NCBI RefSeq assembly: GCF_006345805.1 | Contig: NW_021829158.1 | Coordinates: 1 to 6,994, forward strand | Direction of reading: 5' to 3' | Source of the DNA: Octopus sinensis | Taxonomy: Eukaryota | Length of the DNA: 6,994 bases | Part shown: positions 1-6,445 of the stretch, piece after piece | Layout of the letters: every line of letters starts with the position of its first letter | Numbering within the stretch: the first letter of the stretch is position 1 | Notes under the pieces: generated by a model | What the model was told of the DNA's origin: nothing | Database searches by the model: none | Seen by the model: only the letters and a program-made list of their open reading frames with translations | Position numbers and translations under genes: made by a program

Positions 1-55
1 TAGGAATCTAAAATCGGAGTAGACAGACACACAACCTTTCTTTTATATATAAAGA
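1..55 (-). mobile_element. Probable 5' terminus of a non-autonomous Helitron-like element continuing beyond the left window edge
   Basis: The minus strand reads cata|TCTTTATATATAAAAGAAAGGTTGTGTGTCTGTCT: a TC start after a host A, a TATATATAAAA run, then a short TG/TCTG tract. This matches my recollection of invertebrate non-autonomous Helitron 5' ends. The diagnostic 3' hairpin and CTRR are outside the window. Confidence 0.4.
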
Positions 56-491
56 TATGACTCCGATCTTAGTTATTTCTTCTCCCCATTGCTTCGTTTC
101 GTCTCGACGGTACTGGCTAGCTTCGTACATACGTATATATGTGTCTATTTATCTATGTCTGTAAGTATCTCAGTATGCAGCTATTAATATAGGTACGTAT
201 CTATGTATACGCATTCGAATATATGAATATAATTATGTATGTATTTATGTATGAAGAAAATTGCGTATATAAGAACATCGCAGTATGGTTGACATCGGTA
301 TTTGGCACTATTATTATGAATGTAAGCCATGTATAAAAACAATCGACGCCCCATGTGACAGATGGTGATCTTGGCTGAATTAAGATGGAACAAACATTCA
401 GAAACATCTTTTCAAATATCCACTACGTCCTCGTACGTGTTGTTGACTATACATCAGAAAAAGAAATTCACTCTAAAGAAACGAGCAGTAA

Positions 492-626
492 TGTATATGT
501 GTGTGTGTGTGTGTGTGTGTTTCTGTGTGTGTATATACATATGCATGTATGTATATATATGTATGCATATATATGTATGTATATATGTGTGTATATATAT
601 ACACATGTATATATATATATATGTAT
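492..626. repeat. Compound microsatellite: (TG)n followed by degenerate TA/TG/TATG
   Basis: Near-pure TG run at about 498-520, then mixed TATA/TGTA/CATA to about 626. It accounts for the YI/CV/TH-rich ORFs at 362-725. Confidence 0.95.
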
Positions 627-667
627 GGCCATCCGGACTCCCGTTTGCGCCGTGAACAAGGATTAAT

Positions 668-820
668 CTTCTCTCTTCGCTTCTTTGCACCACATGGGCT
701 CAACTCTCCTCCCCTCTTCATCTAACCTCCTCCTCCGCCTCTCTCCCCCTCACACCTACTTCCTCCCACCCACTGCCCCTCTCTTGCTCCGACTCCTACT
801 TCCCCTCTTCACTCCTACTC
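668..820 (+). repeat. Pyrimidine-rich (C/T) low-complexity tract
   Basis: Mostly C/T on the + strand, with internal echoes ACTCCTACT (792-800, 811-819) and CCCCTCTTCA (711-720, 802-811). Confidence 0.8.
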
Positions 821-883
821 TATATATGAGTGTATGGTGTTTTATGTGAACGCGTACGTTTATATATCGAAAACAGAGGATAA

Positions 884-1056
884 AATGTCCTTCGCGAGTC
901 CTGTTTCCTGGGATTCTGTGTTCAATATATTGAGGATGGGACGCCGGACCGTCACGAGACTATTCACGTTTGCCAACTAAGTGAACTGGCACAACATGAA
1001 ATGAAGTGTTCTGCTCAAGAAATAATTCATTGCATGAACCAGGAATCGAAACCACA
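884..1056 (-). mobile_element. Old, head-truncated tRNA-derived CORE-like SINE, same family as 1477-1730
   Basis: The reverse complement reads GTTTCGATTCCTGG (B box, 1052-1042)...TTCTTGAGCAGAACACTTCATTTCATGTTGTGCCAGTTCACTTAGTTGGCAAA...GGCGTCCCATCC...GAACACA...CAGGAAACAGG. This is colinear with 1529-1725. No A box is recognisable. Confidence 0.85.
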
Positions 1057-1242
1057 TTATTCAAATCCTAAGGATGATGAAGGGTTGAAGTTTATAGTAT
1101 CGATATTGCGATGGGACAGTTTCGTAAGTCGATCAGTATTGTCACTGGCTTGAAATGGAGAGAAAAGAAGTGTGGAGCTATCCTAGTATAAGGAAGATGT
1201 TGATCTTCTCTATATCGTTCCGATTATAGTATATGTAGTGCC

Positions 1243-1396
1243 GAAGCAAATAAGTATGTGGCAAAATGTTTGCTTCATAAATACATGATTCTGGGTTCAG
1301 TTCCACTGCATGGCAACTTGCGCAGGGGACTACTTCAATAGTTTCGGGCCTTCTAAGCCTTGTCAGAGAAGATCGTAGACAGAAACTGATACTCGT

Positions 1397-1398
<2 letters not shown>
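1243..1398 (+). mobile_element. Diverged tRNA-derived SINE of a second family (resembles octopus OR-type CORE-SINE from recall), ending in (TA)n
   Basis: A-box remnant TAAGTATGTGG (1251-1261) and B box GGTTCAGTTCC (1294-1304) with a 32-nt spacer. A CORE-like GGCAACTTGCGCAG follows, then AAGCCTTGT...GTAGACAGAAACTGA...CGTTG running into a TA tract. Confidence 0.75.

Positions 1399-1427
<29 letters not shown>
1399..1427. repeat. (TA)14 microsatellite at the SINE 3' end
   Basis: Perfect TA run at 1399-1427. A second, shorter run lies at 1451-1466. Confidence 0.97.
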
Positions 1428-1429
<2 letters not shown>

Positions 1430-1476
1430 TTCTCAGCCTTATGGCTAAGATATATATATATATATAAAGATACATA

Positions 1477-1730
1477 GAGGCACGTGGCTTAGTGGTTAGA
1501 GTGCCAGCATCATGATCGTAAGATTGTTGTTTCGATTCCTGGACCGGGCGACGCGTTGTGTTCTTGAGTAAAACACTTCATTTCACATTGCTCCAGTCCA
1601 CTCAGCTGGCAAAAATGAGTAACGCTGCGATGGATTGGCGTCCCGTCCAGCTGAGGGGAACACATACGCCATTGAAACCGGGAAACCGGGCCCATGAGCC
1701 GGACTAGGCTTTCAAAGGGCGCATTCATTA
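1477..1730 (+). mobile_element. Apparently full-length tRNA-derived CORE-like SINE
   Basis: A box TGGCTTAGTGG (1485-1495) and B box GTTTCGATTCC (1529-1539) with a 33-nt spacer. The central TTGTGTTCTTGAGTAAAACACTTCATTTCACATTGCTCCAGTCCACTCAGCTGGCAAAAATGAG resembles the MIR/CORE domain. Candidate TSD TATATAAAGATA at 1461-1472 and 1733-1744. Confidence 0.88.
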
Positions 1731-1744
1731 TTTATATAAAGATA

Positions 1745-1900
1745 TACACGTCCATTCATACATTTTATATAAAACCATTATAGCTTAATATGAGATATAT
1801 GTACGTACAAATTTACCTACATACATACAGACATCTATATACACACACGTACATACATACATATATATGTAGACATACACTCTTATATATAGATGTATAC
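1745..1900. repeat. Degenerate TA/CA/TACA microsatellite
   Basis: Interspersed TATA, TACA and CACA runs (ACATACATACAGACAT, ACACACACGTACATACATAC). Confidence 0.8.
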
Positions 1901-1990
1901 AATTAATACAAGTGAATTCATGTCATCAAACAGGGAGTAATCCCCACAGCATGCTTCATCAATATGAAGCAATACCGATGGGGATCTCGG

Positions 1991-2312
1991 CAAATAACAA
2001 GGCTACAGCAAGAACATCAACAACAACAACAAGAGCAACAAAAACGACAAATATAAACAAAAAAAAATAAAGAAAATAACAACAAAAAGAATGAGGGCAA
2101 CAACAGCAGATCTATAACAAGAATTATTGAAACGATGACACGACGATGTCGACGCTGACAGCAAGAACAGCTATAACAAAAGCGGCAACCATAACTGAAA
2201 TATTGAAATCCACAAAAGCAATTATAAAAGGAATAATAGCAACAACAATGTCAAGAACATCAATAACAGCAACAGCAACACGAAAAAAAACAAAAAACAA
2301 AGAGCAAAGAAT
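1991..2312. repeat. Decayed trinucleotide (ACA/ATA/GCA) low-complexity region
   Basis: A-rich with 3-bp periodicity, a pure (CAA)n core at 2018-2031 and recurrent CAAGAACA (2009, 2162, 2252). Confidence 0.75.
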
Positions 2313-2423
2313 TTCGTAAAAAAGCTGGATTCTATTTTCATGCTCAATTCTAAGGTCAAACGAGGTAATTCGAAAACCTGATGGAATTAGCACAATAAAT
2401 AGTATTTGACTTGTTATTAATGC

Positions 2424-2522
2424 ATGTGTGTGTATGTACGTGTATCAATGTGTATGTATGCGTGTGAGAGAGAGAGAGACAGACAGACAGAAAGACAGAC
2501 AGACAGACAGAGAGAGAGAGAG
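2424..2522. repeat. Compound microsatellite (TG/TATG)-(AG)n-(AGAC)n-(AG)n
   Basis: TG/TATG at about 2424-2465, then GA, CAGA and GA runs at 2466-2522. Confidence 0.95.
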
Positions 2523-2867
2523 GTGAAGTTCTATTATCTCCATGTCCCACAGCAAAAAAGTAAGGTGGCGGGAAAAGCCAATAAGCCACCTGCTGTTATC
2601 TATCTCTCCCTGAAAATTATTCCTTCATTTTCCTATGTTTCTTCTATCACTTATTCCCTTAACCCCTTCGCCCCTTGTTCCTATTTTCTATTACAGAATT
2701 TGTCTTCCTGTTACATGTACAATGACACATTCCGCCCCTAACTCATTCGTAATTTTTCCTTGTGAATATCCCCGTAGGCGAATGATAGTGCACCATTTTA
2801 GACCGTCATGTTTAAAATATTTCTGTTATTTAGGTTATTTAGGGGCTCTTAGATACGTACGTATGTG

Positions 2868-2868
<1 letters not shown>

Positions 2869-2904
<36 letters not shown>
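2869..2904. repeat. (TA)18 microsatellite
   Basis: Perfect TA run of 36 bp. Confidence 0.98.
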
Positions 2905-2909
<5 letters not shown>

Positions 2910-3033
2910 CTTGCTCGCTTACGTTCTGGTGTACACTAAATTTTTCTTGAGGAAATTTCTTAGCAGTAAGACCATAGCGGATCTACTTCTAGCATAAGGG
3001 TTGTCCACATAGTAGTCATCCCTCTCATTTGTG

Positions 3034-3070
3034 TATATATATATATATATTATATATATATATATATATA
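3034..3070. repeat. Interrupted (TA)n microsatellite
   Basis: Two TA runs joined by a TT phase shift at 3050-3051. Confidence 0.97.
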
Positions 3071-4529
3071 CATAAGAATAAGAGTTTAGCAACAAGTTGC
3101 TTGACCACATACCGATAATTTTAGAAATAGCAACCAAAAGACTACTATTTCTTTTTCTACAAAGCTATATTTCCACAGACAACAATATTTGTAACTCACA
3201 TGTGGCAAAAAAGAAGAAAAATAATGAAATCAAACAGTCTTCGATTACTTATGGACGTGTTTCTGGATTAGGATTATAAGACCCATTTCCTTTGTCAACA
3301 TAATATTTTGATATTAATAAATCTGAAAATGCTAGGAGAACTTACCCCTTATATTTCTGACCAAGCGTCATCAGAACATATAAAATCTAATCAGCATATC
3401 CACATTTATATAGACGAGTGAGTTCGTATTTCCCTCCAATTTTCTACCATGTGCGTCACAAAAGAGTACTATATTGTTTTTGTGTCTCTCGTTTTGTCTC
3501 AAAGCCGTAGGGCGCCGATGTCATCCATGTTTTAAACGTTACGTCCCCAAAAAAGATTTTTCGTTTCATGTTCGTCTCTGTTGCGTTTATTCATCTTTCC
3601 TTCTGTGCTGGCTGATTCGAGCGATCTCAGAATTAACACCGAAATCTGCGATGTGGGATCAGTTTTCTGACTGAAGAATGAAGGCTTGAATGACCCTTTG
3701 TCTTTTGTTCGCTCCTTCGTGTATTTCACGTTTTTATTTATATAAAGGTCTATTATATATATATATAGTTCAAATTTGCAGAAATCAAAAGACGAAGATA
3801 GCTCAGGGAACAAGCAGATGTATTAGTTTCACGCTCATGAAAAAATAGAAAAGTCTTTGACATTCAGAGCCTACTCTCTTTGACAGAAAGGAATGAGACG
3901 AACAAAAATGGAGATGGAGAGGGAGAACGAAAACAAAAGCGGAGAGAGACAAAATTTGTAGGGAATAATAGTTCAGCATAATGCACGTTTGTATGGAATT
4001 TTGTATGTATGTACACGTCCAAGAAATAGTCATTACATTTGAAAAATTATTGCAAAATTTTAATTTCTAAACCTTTTAATTTACTCGTAGAATACTTCGT
4101 CATATTAATACATCTCCCAAAACTTTTAGAATTCAATGACAACTTTATTTAGATGTTAAGGAGTATCTTTGATAAACATAAGTTTTCTAAACCAGGTAAA
4201 ATCACTTAACTACGAAAAACCAAGCTCCATTTATTTCATGTTTAAAAATCCTTTGATTTATCCATAGAATTCATCATATTCATCATGTACGTTCGTAAGT
4301 TGATGTAAATGCATTGAACTTTTTTAATAATAAATTAAATATTTCAGCAAAGCCATGGAAACTATCAGACTGATAGTCGTCGACACATTTCTCTTCGAAT
4401 ATCGAAATGCTAAAAGCCTGTTTTTTCTGTCCAGTTCTAGCTCACATATAACACAATAGAAAGAAACCAAGGAAGAACTAATGACTTCACTAAACCAATA
4501 TTTTTTTTTTACAAATTAAATGCATTTAC

Positions 4530-4566
4530 AGTGTATGGTCTTGTGATTGAAGTATTAGTCCTGGGA
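4530..4566 (+). mobile_element. 5' part of an older tRNA-derived SINE head (A box), split by the multimeric SINE insertion
   Basis: A-box-like TGGTCTTGTGA at 4536-4546. After excising the insert and one TSD copy, it lies 33 nt from the B box at 5365, the same spacing as in the SINE at 1477. Confidence 0.65.
4550..4566 (+). repeat. Left target-site duplication (17 bp)
   Basis: AAGTATTAGTCCTGGGA, identical to 5335-5351. Confidence 0.95.
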
Positions 4567-5334
4567 AGGCGGCGAGCTGGCAGAAACGTTAGCACGCCGG
4601 GCGAAATACGTAGCCTTATTTCGTCTGCCGTATGTTTCTGAGTTCAAATTCCACCGGGGTCACTTTGCCTTTCATCCTTTCGGGGTCGATAACTTAAGTC
4701 TAGTTACGCACTGGGGTCGATGTAAACGACTTAATCCGTTTGTCTGTCCTTGTTTGTCCCTTCTGTTTAGCCCCTTGTGGGTTGTAAAGAAATAGGTATT
4801 TCGTCAGCCGCTACATTCAAATTCCGCCGAGGTCGACTTTTTCTTTCATCCTTTCGGGGTCGATAACTTAAGTACTAGTTAAGCACTGGGGTCGATGTAA
4901 ACGATTTAATCCGTTTGTCTGTCCTTGTTTGTTCCTTCTGTGTTTATCCCATTGCGGGTAGTAAAGAAACAGGTATTTCGTGAGTCTTTACGTTCTGAGT
5001 TCAAATTCCGCCGAGGTCGACTTTGCCTTTCATCCTTTGGGGGTCGATAAATTAAGTACCAGTTACGCACTGGGGTCGATGTAATCTCCTTAATCCGTGT
5101 GCCTGTCCTTGTCTGTCCCCTCTGTGTTTATCCCCTTGTGGGTAGTAAAGAAATAGAAATAGGTATTTCGTCTGCCGCTACGTTCTGAGTTCAAATTCCG
5201 CCGAGGTCGTCTTTGCCTTTCATCCTTTCGGGGTCGATTAAATAAGTACCAGTTACGCACCGGGGTCGATATAATAGACCTAATTCATTTGTTCGTCCTC
5301 TCTGTGTTTAGCCCCTTGTGGGTAGTAAAGAAAT
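4567..5334 (+). mobile_element. Multimeric tRNA-derived SINE: one head plus four tandem B-box/core/tail units (Meta-domain-like core from recall)
   Basis: Head GGCGGCGAGCTGGCAGAAACGTTAGC with an A-box-like motif at 4578-4588. Units start at about 4614, 4794, 4971 and 5161 (180, 177, 190 and 174 bp). Each unit carries GCCTTTCATCCTTTCGGGGTCGATAA-like core sequence and ends in GTAAAGAAAT/C. GAGTTCAAATTCC is present in units 1, 3 and 4 and partly deleted in unit 2. Flanked by a perfect 17-bp TSD. Confidence 0.93.
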
Positions 5335-5351
5335 AAGTATTAGTCCTGGGA
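5335..5351 (+). repeat. Right target-site duplication (17 bp)
   Basis: AAGTATTAGTCCTGGGA, identical to 4550-4566. Confidence 0.95.
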
Positions 5352-5445
5352 TCAATGGATAATGGGTTCGACTCAAGAACCGAGTAAGGATTGGCGTCGT
5401 TGAGCCGAGCACTACTCCAATGAAGACAGCTGAAACTGAATACGA
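5352..5445 (+). mobile_element. 3' part of the older split SINE (B box plus decayed CORE-like segment)
   Basis: B box GGTTCGACTC at 5365-5374. TTGAGCCGAGCACT, ACTCCA and CAGCTGAAACTGAATA follow in the same order as TTGAGTAAAACACT, GCTCCA and CAGCTGGCAAAAATGAGTA of the SINE at 1477. Confidence 0.65.
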
Positions 5446-5702
5446 AGATCAAGGGAGGTAAGTAAAGCATGCGACCAACTATTGTCTTATTTAAAGAGGG
5501 CTTTTTTTGTACAGTTTCTCACCTAACCGAAACTAGTTTTTGGCAAACCATTTTACCAACACAGTCATTCACAAGTTCTTCTGATCACATTTCCAGAAGT
5601 TTATCGCTGTTATCAATAACGTCACACACTTCTGTCCACCAGTTTTTTTGAAAAATTCCCCCCACTTCCATTTCGTGATAATTCATCTTTTATTGTTCTC
5701 GT

Positions 5703-5722
5703 CATTATTACTGTTATTATTA

Positions 5723-5773
<51 letters not shown>

Positions 5774-5832
5774 TATTATTATTATTATTGTTATTTATTT
5801 TATTACCATCATTATTATTATTATTATTATTA

Positions 5833-5864
<32 letters not shown>

Positions 5865-5891
5865 TATTATTATTATTGTATTATTAATTAA

Positions 5892-5926
<35 letters not shown>

Positions 5927-6000
5927 GTTGTTTGTTGTTGTTGTTGTTGTTGTCGCTACTATTACTGCTACTATTATTATTATCATTATTGTCATTGTTA
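5703..6000. repeat. Long compound trinucleotide microsatellite (TTA)n-(TTG)n-(CTA/TCA/TTA)
   Basis: About 300 bp: interrupted TTA to about 5924, TTG at 5925-5952, then mixed triplets. It explains the poly-L/poly-Y ORFs at 5648-6045. Confidence 0.98.
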
Positions 6001-6321
6001 GCATTTGATGCCATTAAGATTAGTTTCAGGAAACGAAAGAATTGAAACAAATAAAAATCCCGCAACAACATGCACTTGTCATAGCGTTTTAGTGTGCACG
6101 AACGGCCAATGGTGAGTTGCTAATTTGTTAATTTATGGGTTGTGACATGAGCGGCCCTATCATGAGATATCATGGGAAAATATAATTTCGTTTTAGTATG
6201 TGATAATCTTTTTAAAACTCTTTGTCAAATTTAGCGAGCATTTTCACAATGTTTTTTTCAAAGGCCTTCTTCTGTCACCTAAACTCTTGTAGCATTCCAT
6301 TACTGTTATGGGATGTCATAT

Positions 6322-6445
6322 GCAGCGGATTTATAGAATCGCTAAAGCGTTAAAGATTAGCCTTTTGGCAGTTCTTCATGCTTTTAACGTTCTGAGTTCA
6401 AATCCAGTGGGGGTCAGTTTTGCATTTCCTTTTTTTCGAGGGATG
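6322..6445 (+). mobile_element. Decayed monomeric SINE fragment related to the 4567-5334 family
   Basis: AGAATCGCTAAAGCG resembles the head AGAAACGTTAGCACG. ACGTTCTGAGTTCAAATCC (B box GTTCAAATC, 6396-6404) and GGGGTCAGTTTTGCATTTC resemble GAGGTCGACTTTGCCTTTC. A-to-B spacing is 53 nt versus 52 nt in the multimer head. Confidence 0.75.

Noticed and set aside
184-725. Eight overlapping ORFs of 63-97 aa
   Set aside because: Most translate TA/TG microsatellite into YI/CV/TH repeats, and none shows a recognisable domain.
745-779. Four C-runs that could form a minus-strand G-quadruplex
   Set aside because: One loop is 15 nt, outside the canonical pattern, and the region is generic C/T low complexity.
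1477-1545. tRNA gene
   Set aside because: A and B boxes are present, but I could not form an acceptor stem and the sequence continues into a SINE core, so it is a SINE head.
1510-1728. 72-aa minus-strand ORF with normal-looking composition
   Set aside because: It lies wholly within the SINE as an antisense read-through.
2566-2740. Promoter-like GGCGGG, CCAAT and CCGCCCC motifs
   Set aside because: Short motifs expected by chance, with no CpG island, TSS evidence or downstream gene.
3340-3348. Minus-strand donor GGG|GTAAGT
   Set aside because: No convincing matching acceptor or coding-like exon upstream on that strand.
3474-4033. ORFs of 66, 93 and 76 aa
   Set aside because: No recognisable homology. 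Two are driven by TA or purine-rich low complexity, and lengths are within chance.
4614-5334. CRISPR array
   Set aside because: The whole 174-190 bp unit repeats, with no short repeats separated by unique spacers. The context is eukaryotic, with no cas genes.
4614-5334. Hammerhead-ribozyme retrozyme (unit size and tandem layout fit)
   Set aside because: The CUGANGA core is absent on both strands as far as I can read (units have CTGAGTT). An Infernal/RNAmotif scan for hammerhead, HDV-like and twister ribozymes would settle it.
5648-6045. Poly-Leu/poly-Tyr ORFs resembling membrane proteins
   Set aside because: Direct translation of the (TTA/TTG)n microsatellite.
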